A stretch of DNA of 64,000 nucleotides, taken from the NCBI GenBank assembly GCA_963764165.1, contig CAVXRD010000002.1:1632001-1696000 (forward strand), written 5' to 3'. Of the stretch, positions 19,940 through 29,119 are shown in pieces. The notes below the pieces were generated by a model. It worked only from the letters and a program-made list of their open reading frames with translations, did no database searches and was not told the origin of the DNA. The position numbers were made by a program, and so were the translations under genes. Each line of letters starts with the position of its first letter. Within the stretch, counting starts at the first letter, position 1. The DNA is from an uncultured Verrucomicrobiae bacterium (GTDB taxonomy: Bacteria > Verrucomicrobiota > Verrucomicrobiia > Limisphaerales > Palsa-1400).

Positions 19940-22006
19940 TCACGCCGTCTTGACCTTGATTTTGTGGCCTTTGATTTGCGTGCGGTTGAGCTTGGAAATA
20001 ATCGCGTTGGCGTGCTCGTCGGCGACGTCAATAAAAAGATGGCGCTCACGGACGTCCACCTTGCTGATCACGTCGGCTGGCAATCCGGTTTCGCCGGAGA
20101 TTAAAAGGGTCACATCATCACCCGTTACTCCCATTTGCTCGCCGACGTTCATCCACAAGCGCCGTTGGAATGATGGCGCTGACACGCGCTCTTTTTTGAC
20201 GAAGGGCTTTGATTCCTCGGATTTGGCCGATTTCTTGATAGCCGTTGACGAGAGAAACGGAGCTGATGCCATTGAACTTGGCAGAGTTGCAGGCTTTGGC
20301 GCCGGAGCAGCCGCCGGTTTTGCCGCGGCTGGTTCGGGTTTCGCACTCACTGGCGCGGGCTTGGGTTGCGGCTTGGCGGCCGCAGGCTTCGGCGGAAGTT
20401 TTGGCAGTGGATGTTTCCACTCGACCGCCCGCGAAGGCGAAGGCGGCAGCGAGGGTGCTGGCGCTGGCGCAGGAGAAGGAGACGGCGCCGGCACAGGCGA
20501 GGGCGCAGGAGCAACTGCGGCAGGAACTGGAATCGGACGCTCAACGGCGGGCGCCGATGGGTGCTTGAGTCGCTCCACCGCGGGTGCCGCGGTCACATGC
20601 TTGGGCCGCTCCGCTGGACGCGACGGCGCCGGTGCGGCGGGCCGATCCGAAAAACGCGGCGGGCGTTCGAAACGCGGCTTCTCTTCCACGCGAGGCGGCG
20701 GCTTGGCGGCGGCGGATTCTCCTCTGTGCAACTGGTGAATCAACGCCGATGCAATGTCAGTCGAGGCAAATCCTTCCTCGAGCAGCCGTTCCACCACTTG
20801 ATCGTAGCGCTCGAATTCGCCGCTCTTCAGCGTGGCCCGGAGCTTGTCCAAAAAGACAAGCTGCCGCGCTCCCTCGACTTCCTGCTCCGTGGGCGGATGT
20901 CCGCGCTGAATCCGCATATTAATATAGCGCTCAATATTGCGAATCTGGAAAACCTCGCGGCCCGACGCGAACGAAATGGCGCGCCCGCTGCGGCCTTGCC
21001 GGCCCGTGCGGCCGATGCGATGCACATAATCCTCGCCGTCATACGGCAGGTCGTAATTGAAAACCACCTCCACATGATCGACATCCAGCCCCCGCGCGGC
21101 GACGTCCGTGGCCACCAGGAATTCGATGCCGGATCGGCGGAATTTCTGCATGACACGGTCGCGCATCATTTGCGTCATGTCGCCGTGCAAACGGTCGGCG
21201 CTGTAACCTTGCGTATTAAGATGATCGACAAGGTCATCGACCATGCGCTTGGTGTTGCAAAAAATAATGCCGAGTTTCAAATCGTGCATGTCGATCAGCC
21301 GTGTCAACAAATCAATCTTGTACCGGCGGTCGACTTCGTAATACACCTGCTCGACGGTCGGAACGGTGAGCGCTTTTTGCTCGATGCGGATTTTCTGCGG
21401 ATCGCGCGAATACTTTTGGATCAATTGCTCGATGGGCCGCGGAATGGTGGCGGAGAAAAAAACGGTCTGCCGCTCCTTGGGCGTCGATTGCAAAATCAAT
21501 TCGATGTCGTCGCGGAAACCCATGTTGAGCATCACGTCGACTTCATCCAGGATCACCATTTTGATGGTCGCCAGCTTCAAGGTGCCGCGCCGCATGTGAT
21601 CCATGATGCGCCCCGGCGTGCCGATGACGATGTGGGCGCCTTGGCGCAACCCGGCCAATTGCCGGTCATACGATTGCCCCCCGTAAACCGGCAGCGCATG
21701 AAGGCCGCGCTTGAAAAGCGACAATTTGTGGACTTCCTCGCAGACTTGGATGGCCAGTTCGCGCGTGGGGCAGAGAATGAGCACCTGGGTGGTTCGCTGG
21801 GTCGCGTCAACCTTCTCGATGGCGGGCACGGCGAAGGCCGCCGTCTTGCCGGAGCCCGTTTGCGATTGGCCCACCACGTCGCGCCCCGACAGCAGCACGG
21901 GAATGGACTCGGCCTGAATAGGCGCGGCTTGCTCGAAGCCAAGTTTCTCAATGGCTTTGAGCATTTCGGGCGAAAGGCCCAGCTCGGAAAATAGTTTAGG
22001 TGTCAT
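19940..22006 (-). CDS. deaD: DEAD-box RNA helicase (DeaD/CsdA-like) with a DbpA RNA-binding C-terminus
   Basis: Q motif, QTGSGKT, PTRELA, TPGR, DEVD, SAT, ARGLD and HRIGRTGR, plus a C-terminal DbpA-type domain. Confidence 0.9.
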   Translation of the reverse strand: MTPKLFSELGLSPEMLKAIEKLGFEQAAPIQAESIPVLLSGRDVVGQSQTGSGKTAAFAVPAIEKVDATQRTTQVLILCPTRELAIQVCEEVHKLSLFKRGLHALPVYGGQSYDRQLAGLRQGAHIVIGTPGRIMDHMRRGTLKLATIKMVILDEVDVMLNMGFRDDIELILQSTPKERQTVFFSATIPRPIEQLIQKYSRDPQKIRIEQKALTVPTVEQVYYEVDRRYKIDLLTRLIDMHDLKLGIIFCNTKRMVDDLVDHLNTQGYSADRLHGDMTQMMRDRVMQKFRRSGIEFLVATDVAARGLDVDHVEVVFNYDLPYDGEDYVHRIGRTGRQGRSGRAISFASGREVFQIRNIERYINMRIQRGHPPTEQEVEGARQLVFLDKLRATLKSGEFERYDQVVERLLEEGFASTDIASALIHQLHRGESAAAKPPPRVEEKPRFERPPRFSDRPAAPAPSRPAERPKHVTAAPAVERLKHPSAPAVERPIPVPAAVAPAPSPVPAPSPSPAPAPAPSLPPSPSRAVEWKHPLPKLPPKPAAAKPQPKPAPVSAKPEPAAAKPAAAPAPKPATLPSSMASAPFLSSTAIKKSAKSEESKPFVKKERVSAPSFQRRLWMNVGEQMGVTGDDVTLLISGETGLPADVISKVDVRERHLFIDVADEHANAIISKLNRTQIKGHKIKVKTA

Positions 22007-22068
22007 GTCAACCCTTTACCAATGACACAACACCTTGCGAAAAGCCACACATCCACACGTTTAGTTTA

Positions 22069-22168
22069 AGGCAGGGACGCCTCGCCGAGGCTTCCGGCTG
22101 CGTGCGGATATGCGAAGGGCCGGGGGGAAATGAGAGCCTCACTCCGGCCGCCTCGGCGAGGCGTCCCT
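22069..22168. repeat. REPIN, GGGACGCCTCGCCGAGGCGTCC family
   Basis: GGCAGGGACGCCTCGCCGAGGCTTCCG ... CGGCCGCCTCGGCGAGGCGTCCCT. Confidence 0.8.
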
Positions 22169-22214
22169 TATATAGCGGGCTTGACGCTTCTCGCAAATTA
22201 GGCATTGTGCTCCG

Positions 22215-22694
22215 ATGTATAAAATAATCGGAGCGGACCTCAAAGAGTATGGCCCTGTCAGCGCCGAGCAGCTTCGGTTGTGGGTCGTTGAAGGCCGCGT
22301 CAATGGCCAGACGCGCGTGAAGGCCGAAAACGCGCTGGAGTGGCGCCCGATGGCGGAACTCCCGGAATTTGCGGATGTCCTTCCAAAAACGCCGCCGCCT
22401 TCACTGACGCCAAGCCCGATTTCTTCCATGCCGGCCGTGCAGCAAAACAGCAGCATGGCAGTTTGGGCTATGGTCACGGGCATTCTCGCGCTGCTTTGCT
22501 GCGGACTGCTGGCTCCAGTGGCTATCATTTTGGGCGCCGTGTCGCTTTCTCAATTCAAGACGCAAACGCATTTGACCGGGCGCGGTTTCGCCATCGCGGG
22601 CATCGTGATGGGAATCGTCGCCTTGATAGTGCATACGATCCTGGCCATTTTCTTCTTCTCCATGCCCGGATTTTTCCAAAATTTCCAGCGCTGA
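22215..22694 (+). CDS. GYF-like (DUF4339) plus DUF4190 membrane protein
   Basis: N-terminus MYKIIGADLKEYGPVS..W..EGR..EWRP; C-terminal TM pair with GRGFAIAGIVMG. Confidence 0.75.
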   Translation: MYKIIGADLKEYGPVSAEQLRLWVVEGRVNGQTRVKAENALEWRPMAELPEFADVLPKTPPPSLTPSPISSMPAVQQNSSMAVWAMVTGILALLCCGLLAPVAIILGAVSLSQFKTQTHLTGRGFAIAGIVMGIVALIVHTILAIFFFSMPGFFQNFQR

Positions 22695-22701
22695 CGGCTC
22701 A

Positions 22702-23115
22702 ATGCGCACAGCAGCCAATCCGCCTTCGACCCGCTACGCAGTGGCGGTTTCGTGCGTGGGAGCCGCGCTGATGGCGGCGGTGGCGCTGTTGTATTTTTAC
22801 GATCCCACCACGGCAGGTTTTTTCCCGATTTGCGCGCTTCACGCGCTGACAGGATTGGATTGCCCCGGCTGCGGCGGGTTGCGGGCTGTTCACCAGCTTT
22901 CCCACGGAAACATTGCGGCGGCATGGCATTTCAATCCGCTCTTTGTCGCGCTTCTACCGATTGCACTTTGGCTGGGCTTTCGCGAATGGGTGCGGGTCGT
23001 GACAGGACGCCAGTTGCCGGGTTTTGTGACCCGCCCGATTATGGGCTGGGTGTTGATTGGTGTGATGGTCGTCTTCGGAATCGTCCGCAATATCCCCGGA
23101 TTCCCGAAACCTTAA
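22702..23115 (+). CDS. DUF2752-family membrane protein
   Basis: Signature C..HALTGLDCPGCGGLRA...AAWHFNPL and C-terminal IVRN. Confidence 0.85.
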   Translation: MRTAANPPSTRYAVAVSCVGAALMAAVALLYFYDPTTAGFFPICALHALTGLDCPGCGGLRAVHQLSHGNIAAAWHFNPLFVALLPIALWLGFREWVRVVTGRQLPGFVTRPIMGWVLIGVMVVFGIVRNIPGFPKP

Positions 23116-23158
23116 TGCCCGCCGGGGGTTTCATCCCCATGCTGCCGCCCGCTGATAA

Positions 23159-23545
23159 ATGAAAGGCTCGTTCAAACTTCAAACCCGCCGCAAATTATCC
23201 CACGCCGAGGCTCGCGCGTGCGTTGCCGCAAATCTGCTCCTGCCGGGATCCGGTTCCCTGGCCAGCGGACGGAAGGTTGGTTACGCGCAAATGGCCGCAG
23301 TGTTTCTGGCGATGCTTTTGACCGTTGTCACCTCGCTGCCCTTCTTCCAGTGGGTGATGGCAGGCGGCGCATCGCCCAATCCGATGGACGACGGATCTCA
23401 AGCGCTGCACGACCTGTGGATTCATATTCGATGGCCGCTGGCGTGCGTCGCTGGGTATGTTGCCGCGACGTTATGGGCTGCGGCGACGGGAGCATCGATT
23501 TTGCGCGAGTCGCAAATGCAGGGTGTCCCACCCAAGATCATCTGA
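23159..23545 (+). CDS. Hypothetical membrane protein
   Basis: NLLLPGSGSL motif and hydrophobic helices; co-directional with the DUF2752 gene. Confidence 0.65.
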   Translation: MKGSFKLQTRRKLSHAEARACVAANLLLPGSGSLASGRKVGYAQMAAVFLAMLLTVVTSLPFFQWVMAGGASPNPMDDGSQALHDLWIHIRWPLACVAGYVAATLWAAATGASILRESQMQGVPPKII

Positions 23546-23551
23546 CGAGAA

Positions 23552-24733
23552 TTAGGGATTCGGAATTACCCGCCGTGCGTGCAATAACGTGCGAATGCGC
23601 CTCGGCTCAGCCAACGGCGAATCCGGATTAAGACTGCTCACATGCACGAATGTCGCCGATTGGATGAACAGCTTGTCCTGCAAATAAATCGCGACGTGCG
23701 TGATGCGCTCGACGCCCGTCCGGCGGTCAGGGCGGCCGAAGAATAAAAGATCACCCTTCTTCAACTGCTTGTAATTGTCGTCCAGCGGCACTTCCACGCC
23801 TTGGAGGCACTGCTGCGCGGCATTGCGATTCAGATCGATTCCATTCAGATAAAAGACAAGCTTGGTGAAACCGGAGCAATCCAACCCGCGAACCGAATTG
23901 CAGCCCCAAAAGTAAGGGCGGCCGATCAATGATTTCGCGGTGCGCTCGATGTTTTCCGGAGTGGGTTTGCGTTCGCTTTTCCATTGCGCGTAATCCGCGG
24001 CGGCCGCCTTGGGCAAAAAGCCCTTGCGTCCGTCCGGCAATTCGACTTGATACCAATCCTTCTCCTCGCCCGCGCGTTTCACCAAATCGCATTGAACGAC
24101 GTCCGAAATTTGCGGGGCGTTGGTGGAAGGCTGCTCCAAAATGCGCTCGTCCAAGGCAGTGACGATCAGGAGCGGAGCGGCCTGCCATGCTTCCGCCATT
24201 TCCCTGGCGCACGGAACGAAAGCGCCGCCCTCCGTCCAGCCAAGGTATTTGTCCGCTGTCTGCACCAGATACCAATTCGTCTGCGTTTTCCAAACCCGCA
24301 GGACGCTTCCCATGAAAGCCTGCGTTCCCATTTCCGAAGGATTTCCGGGTTTCTCCCGCAAATTCACAAGGCTGATGGTGGCGATGCCCCAGCCGGTATC
24401 CTTCAGTTTTCCCTGCGGAAGAATTTCGATTTCGTCGCGAACGGTGAAGCCATTTTGTTTGACAGCATTGACCGCCGCATCGCGCGCGGCAGCCTCGCCC
24501 GTTTCGCCTCGAAGGACAATGGCGCCCTCTTCTTCTTTAGGCTTGACGTCGAAAATCGCCAGATGCGGATCGGGCGCGAAGCGCTCCTTGACCTTTTGCA
24601 AGGCCGCTAAGACGGCCTCGTTCACGTTGGTTTTCACGTTGGGCGGATCGACAAAACCGGCCAGCAGCACAGCCGCGGCTCCCATGACCAGGGCGGCTGG
24701 TTTGGGAATCCAGACCTTCGCTGGCCGGAGCAT
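23552..24733 (-). CDS. NlpC/P60 (C40) peptidoglycan peptidase with SH3-like domains
   Basis: IGRPYFWG..GLDCSGFT..GDLLFFG..ITHVAIY. ATG 24733 sits just after the tig stop. Confidence 0.88.
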   Translation of the reverse strand: MLRPAKVWIPKPAALVMGAAAVLLAGFVDPPNVKTNVNEAVLAALQKVKERFAPDPHLAIFDVKPKEEEGAIVLRGETGEAAARDAAVNAVKQNGFTVRDEIEILPQGKLKDTGWGIATISLVNLREKPGNPSEMGTQAFMGSVLRVWKTQTNWYLVQTADKYLGWTEGGAFVPCAREMAEAWQAAPLLIVTALDERILEQPSTNAPQISDVVQCDLVKRAGEEKDWYQVELPDGRKGFLPKAAAADYAQWKSERKPTPENIERTAKSLIGRPYFWGCNSVRGLDCSGFTKLVFYLNGIDLNRNAAQQCLQGVEVPLDDNYKQLKKGDLLFFGRPDRRTGVERITHVAIYLQDKLFIQSATFVHVSSLNPDSPLAEPRRIRTLLHARRVIPNP

Positions 24734-24734
24734 A

Positions 24735-26051
24735 TTACGCCTTGGGCGCCGGAGCCACGTCCTCAATGCGCGCAAACTGCACCAGCAGATCAATCACCTT
24801 TTCGCTCTGGATTTGATTGACCACGTCGTTGATGCGGCGGCTTTTTTCCATGTCCTTGTAAAACTTGTCGAAGGGCATCTTGTATTGCGCGGCCATTTCC
24901 TGCAGCCGGCGGAACACCTCCATCTGCTCCACGCGAATGCCTTCCTTGGCGGCCACCGCTTGAAAAATGAAGTGCGCCTTGACCCGCTGCTGGGCAACGC
25001 CCTTGGCCGTCGCATAAATCTGGTCTGCCTGCGCGTCGAGGGCATCCTTGGCCATGCCGCGCTGGGTGTTTTCGTGGACGATATTATAGACGACGTTCTG
25101 CGTCTCCTGCTCCACCATCGTTTCGGGAAGCGGAATTTCGATTTTGCCCACCAGCGCCTCAGCGGCCTGGTTCCGGACGCTTCGAATTTGCTTGTTGTTC
25201 AGCTCATTCTGCAAATCGGCCCGCACACCTTCGCGAAGCTTGTCCAGGGAATCGACCCCGAACGATTTGGCAAAGGTCTCGTCAATGGCCGGGGCGATCT
25301 TTTCCTTCGCCTCGACCAATTCCACTTCGTAATCACCCTTTTTGCCAACCAATTGCGGCACCACAAAATCGGCGGGAAAATCAATCGAGATCGTGCGTTT
25401 CTCGCCCGCTTTCATGCCGGCCAGCTTGCTGCCAAAACCGGGAATGAAGGAGGTCGCGTCCACTGGAACCCAGAAATTCTTCTTCTCCGTCAGCCCTTTG
25501 GCAGTCGGGGAAAGTTCTGTAATCGGCTTGCCCTCGACGGTGCCGGTATAATTGATGACCGCGACGTCGCCTTCGGCCACTTCGCGCGCGACTGTTTTGT
25601 ATTCGGTCCGCTGATCGGCCAAAACTTTGAGGGCGCGATCGATATCTTCCGGAGTCACCGAGCCGGTTTCGCGCTTGACCTCAAGGCCTTTGTATTCCGG
25701 AAGCTCGAAGTTCGGCGCGACTTCCGTGGTCACGGCGAATTGCATCGCCACCCCGCGCCCGAATTGGATGTCTTCCACGTCCGGGCTGCCGACGACGGTG
25801 ATTTTATTTTCTTTGACCGCATCGCGAAAACCTTCCTGCATGAGGCGCGTCTTGGCTTCGTCTTCAATCTCCTTTTGGTAGCGCTTGGCCACCATGTCCT
25901 TGGGAGCTTTGCCGGGGCGGAAGCCTGGCAGGCGCGCCTCGCGCTGAAAGCCGGCGGTGATTTCGCCAAAGACGGCGTCCACCTTGGCCGGCTCGATTTC
26001 CACGCGCACGAGGCGTTTGCAGGGCGCCAAATTTTCAACGGTCACATTCAC
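24735..26051 (-). CDS. tig: Trigger factor
   Basis: LPGFRPGKAP signature and an FKBP-like middle domain. GTG 26051 follows an AAAGG SD-like motif. Confidence 0.93.
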   Translation of the reverse strand: MNVTVENLAPCKRLVRVEIEPAKVDAVFGEITAGFQREARLPGFRPGKAPKDMVAKRYQKEIEDEAKTRLMQEGFRDAVKENKITVVGSPDVEDIQFGRGVAMQFAVTTEVAPNFELPEYKGLEVKRETGSVTPEDIDRALKVLADQRTEYKTVAREVAEGDVAVINYTGTVEGKPITELSPTAKGLTEKKNFWVPVDATSFIPGFGSKLAGMKAGEKRTISIDFPADFVVPQLVGKKGDYEVELVEAKEKIAPAIDETFAKSFGVDSLDKLREGVRADLQNELNNKQIRSVRNQAAEALVGKIEIPLPETMVEQETQNVVYNIVHENTQRGMAKDALDAQADQIYATAKGVAQQRVKAHFIFQAVAAKEGIRVEQMEVFRRLQEMAAQYKMPFDKFYKDMEKSRRINDVVNQIQSEKVIDLLVQFARIEDVAPAPKA

Positions 26052-26197
26052 AAAAAAGCCTTTCAATTTCGCGGTCCGGGAGGGTTCTTCAAGTTTAACT
26101 CCACTGCCACCAGTTGCGAGGTCTAACCCAGCCGCGAGCCGGATAATTTACGGGAGACGAGCGACTCCCGTCAAGCCGTGGATTCTGATTTTAACGG

Positions 26198-26223
26198 CGT
26201 AGGAGCGCCTCGGCGAGGCGTCC
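26198..26223. repeat. REP unit, GGGACGCCTCGCCGAGGCGTCC family
   Basis: CGTAGGAGCGCCTCGGCGAGGCGTCC. Confidence 0.65.
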
Positions 26224-26229
26224 CGGCCT

Positions 26230-26799
26230 TTACCGAGACTCAGCGCGCTTCTTCAGGGACTTCAAGCCGGATTCAAAATGCTGGCCCATCATTTTGTCCA
26301 TGTTCATGAAGACGCTCATCACTTTGGCCATGAACGGATTGGTGCCGGTCATCTTCCAGATGACGCGCGTGCCGGTTGCGGTCGGCACAAGGATGAATTC
26401 GTTCGCATTATGCGCGACGAATGGTCGCTCGAAATCAACCTTCACCGTGATTTTCGAAGACGCAGCGGATTCCACGATTTCCATTTTACCCTGGCCCGTG
26501 CTGCCGCGCCCACGCCATTCAGAGACTGCCCCGACTCCGCTCGCCGCGCCGGAAAAAGTGCGTTTCATGGACGCGTCCTCCTGATCCTGCGGCGCCCATT
26601 CCGGCCAATGGTGGAAGTCGTTAAGAAGATCGAAAACGCGGCTGGCAGGCGCGTGAATTTCTGTTTCGCGCTGGACGGATATGGTCTCCGGCTTCGTTGC
26701 AGCCAGACCAAGCACCACCGCGACGATGAGAACAAGGACTCCAGCAAGGATGAGCGCCGCTGTCATGGTTTTCCGCGATAATTTCCGATCCGTTGCCAT
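26230..26799 (-). CDS. SRPBCC (START-like / polyketide cyclase) family protein with an N-terminal anchor
   Basis: VQRETEIHAPASRVF..WPEWAP..GVGAVSEW..FESGLKSLK. Confidence 0.85.
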   Translation of the reverse strand: MATDRKLSRKTMTAALILAGVLVLIVAVVLGLAATKPETISVQRETEIHAPASRVFDLLNDFHHWPEWAPQDQEDASMKRTFSGAASGVGAVSEWRGRGSTGQGKMEIVESAASSKITVKVDFERPFVAHNANEFILVPTATGTRVIWKMTGTNPFMAKVMSVFMNMDKMMGQHFESGLKSLKKRAESR

Positions 26800-26815
26800 G
26801 AGTCAAGTATCCGAA

Positions 26816-27127
26816 TTACGAGGCAGTCCAATGCCGGAGCACGCGATGCTTGGGCGTGGCGGTGCGGAAGCTGCGGCGGGTCGAGATGAGCTGGCGGCGG
26901 TGAAGGATTTTCATGGCGGTTTGAACGGCGCTCTTGGAAAGCCCTGACGACTCCGCAATATCCCGCAGGCTCGCCTCCACCGGACGCCAGCGCGATCGCG
27001 CCGACGCCGCGTAAAGATGAAGAAACACCAGGAAGGCCGAGGGCTGCTTGTCATGGCCCACGATGTCGCGCAGGAGAACATCCAGCACGTAATCCTCCAC
27101 CGGAACCGAGCGGCGCGAGCGAGCCAT
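26816..27127 (-). CDS. Small helix-turn-helix DNA-binding protein
   Basis: HTH segment SLRDIAESSGLSKSAVQTAM; start set to ATG 27127. Confidence 0.75.
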   Translation of the reverse strand: MARSRRSVPVEDYVLDVLLRDIVGHDKQPSAFLVFLHLYAASARSRWRPVEASLRDIAESSGLSKSAVQTAMKILHRRQLISTRRSFRTATPKHRVLRHWTAS

Positions 27128-27225
27128 GCCGCAAGATACGCTATACCTGTAATCGGACAAGATTTTTTCGCTCAACGCCGTCTTTCTGTTCGACAGCTTT
27201 CCGGCGGCGAATGAAACTCCGAACC

Positions 27226-27594
27226 ATGATTAAACAAATCAAACTCGTCACCATTCCAGTGCGCGACCAAAAGCGGGCGCTGGAGTTTTACACCGAAAAA
27301 CTCGGCTTCACCATCATCACCGATCAGCCGTTTGGCAAACAGCGGTGGATCGAATTGCGAATTCCAAAGGCGGAAACGCGCATCGCGATATTCACGCCGG
27401 AGGGATTCGAGAGCCGCATCGGCGCGTTCACCGGAATTACATTTGACTGCGCAGACGTGCAAGAGTCTTACAACGAACTGCTGGCTAAAGGCGTCGAATT
27501 TGAAGGTCCGCCGGAGAAACAACCTTGGGGCACTTACGCAATGTTCAAAGACAGCGAAGGGAATTCGTTCGTGATCTCGGAATCGAAGGGATAG
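27226..27594 (+). CDS. VOC (glyoxalase/bleomycin-resistance) family protein
   Basis: IPVRDQKRALEFYTEKLGF and QPWGTYAMFKDSEGN. Start is 27226 or 27211. Confidence 0.88.
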   Translation: MIKQIKLVTIPVRDQKRALEFYTEKLGFTIITDQPFGKQRWIELRIPKAETRIAIFTPEGFESRIGAFTGITFDCADVQESYNELLAKGVEFEGPPEKQPWGTYAMFKDSEGNSFVISESKG

Positions 27595-27608
27595 CGCCCC
27601 AATCCCCA

Positions 27609-27725
27609 AGGGACGCCTCGCCGAGGCGTCCGGGTGCGCGGGATCAATAACACGGCGTGCGCCTAGATAATGCCTCACTTCGGACGCCTCGGGCCGAAGT
27701 TCGGCTTCCCAAAGGCGTCCCTGCC
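27609..27725. repeat. REPIN, GGGACGCCTCGCCGAGGCGTCC family, with a nested hairpin in the right arm
   Basis: AGGGACGCCTCGCCGAGGCGTCCG ... CGGACGCCTC-(GGGCCGAAGTTCGGCTTCCCAA)-AGGCGTCCCTGCC. Confidence 0.75.
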
Positions 27726-27795
27726 AAATTCCGTCCCATGGCCGCGCCATTTCTGCATTGGATTGCGCGGCGGCTTCCAGTTAGCCTCTCCGGCT

Positions 27796-28443
27796 ATTAG
27801 TAAAGAACTGATCGAGTATTCGTTGCTGGCGCTGGGGTCGCTCTTCGCGATTCTTGACCCCATCGCGGTCGTCCCGGCCTTCATGGCCATGACAGCGGAG
27901 GACACCGCGAAGGACAAATTGCGAATGGCGCGCCTGGCTTGTTCGGTCGCGGCCGGTGTGCTCATGCTCTTTGCGGCGGCGGGCGATTTGATTTTCAAAG
28001 TGATGGGCATCACCCTGCCCGCTTTCGAATTGGCGGGAAGCATCCTGTTGCTGCGCATCGCGCTGGACATGCTTTACGCCAAACGCTCGGCCACGCGCGA
28101 GACGGCGGAAGAAGTCGCCGAAGGCGCGGCCAAGGAGGATATTGCGATCTCGCCCCTCGGAGTGCCGATGCTGGCAGGCCCGGGGTCGATTACGACGGCG
28201 CTAATCTTGTATCACACTGCCAAAGGCCCGGCGCAAATTGCGGCGTTGTTTATCTCGATCTTCCTGGTGTGCCTGGCGTCGTATATCATTTTGTGGCTGG
28301 TCGTGCATGGCACGCGTTTTCTCAACCCGCTCATTCTGAAATTGCTGACACGGCTATTCGGGCTTCTTCTCGCCGCCATGGCTGTCCAATTCGTCCTGAA
28401 CGCCCTCAAGGCCCTTAAGGAGTCGAATTTTCTTGGGAGATAA
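27796..28443 (+). CDS. marC: MarC-family integral membrane protein (start codon uncertain)
   Basis: LFAILDPIA, GITLPAFELAGSILL, PLGVPMLAGPGSIT and RLFGLLLAAMAVQF. Confidence 0.85.
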   Translation: MSKELIEYSLLALGSLFAILDPIAVVPAFMAMTAEDTAKDKLRMARLACSVAAGVLMLFAAAGDLIFKVMGITLPAFELAGSILLLRIALDMLYAKRSATRETAEEVAEGAAKEDIAISPLGVPMLAGPGSITTALILYHTAKGPAQIAALFISIFLVCLASYIILWLVVHGTRFLNPLILKLLTRLFGLLLAAMAVQFVLNALKALKESNFLGR

Positions 28444-29055
28444 TATGGGAATGAAATCCGGATTTTTATACATCTCCGGATGCAGCACGCCGACGAATGG
28501 CAAATTCCGGTAGCGCTCCGCGTAATCCAATCCGTAGCCGACCACAAAATGGTTCGGAATCGTAAAGCCGACATAATCCGCGACCACCTTTTCCACCCGG
28601 CGCGACGGCTTGTCGAGCAGGACGCAAATCTTGATTTGCAGCGGGCCCAGCCGGCGCAAAATCGAATTCACCCGGAACAGCGTCTTGCCCGTGTCAAGAA
28701 TATCGTCCACCAGCAGCACGTCGCGCCCGCTGACGTCCAGGCGCAGCTCCTTGGTGAAGACCAGCTCGGAGGATTCCGTCCCCGCCCCGTAACTGGAGAC
28801 GCCAATAAAATCCAGCCGCACCGGCAGCGAAATCTCGCGCAATAAATCCGCCAGAAACATCACCGTGCCGTTGAGCAGCGCGACGATGACCAAATCGCGC
28901 CCGGCAAAATCCTTCTGGATTTGCCGCGCCAGCGAGCGGACGCGCGTGGCGATCCGCTCCTGCGAGATCAGGACGGATTCAATCTCCTTGCGCCAATGCG
29001 GCGGCGGGAGCTTGGACGGGCTTGTTCGTTTTTTTTTCGCGACCGGCTTGGCCAT
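28354..29055 (-). CDS. hpt: Hypoxanthine phosphoribosyltransferase
   Basis: VSSYG, PRPP-binding motif VLLVDDILDTGKTL and FVVGYGLDYAERYRNLP. Confidence 0.93.
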   Translation of the reverse strand: MAKPVAKKKRTSPSKLPPPHWRKEIESVLISQERIATRVRSLARQIQKDFAGRDLVIVALLNGTVMFLADLLREISLPVRLDFIGVSSYGAGTESSELVFTKELRLDVSGRDVLLVDDILDTGKTLFRVNSILRRLGPLQIKICVLLDKPSRRVEKVVADYVGFTIPNHFVVGYGLDYAERYRNLPFVGVLHPEMYKNPDFIPILSPKKIRLLKGLEGVQDELDSHGGEKKPE

Positions 29056-29119
29056 TCCGAGAATTTACGGAGAAAGTTTAAGGTTTAAAGATCAAAGTTG
29101 ACCGATTATAAGAACGGTC

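Noticed and set aside
26052..26229. Possible tRNA upstream of tig
   Set aside because: No cloverleaf or T-loop motif; only a short hairpin and a REP unit.
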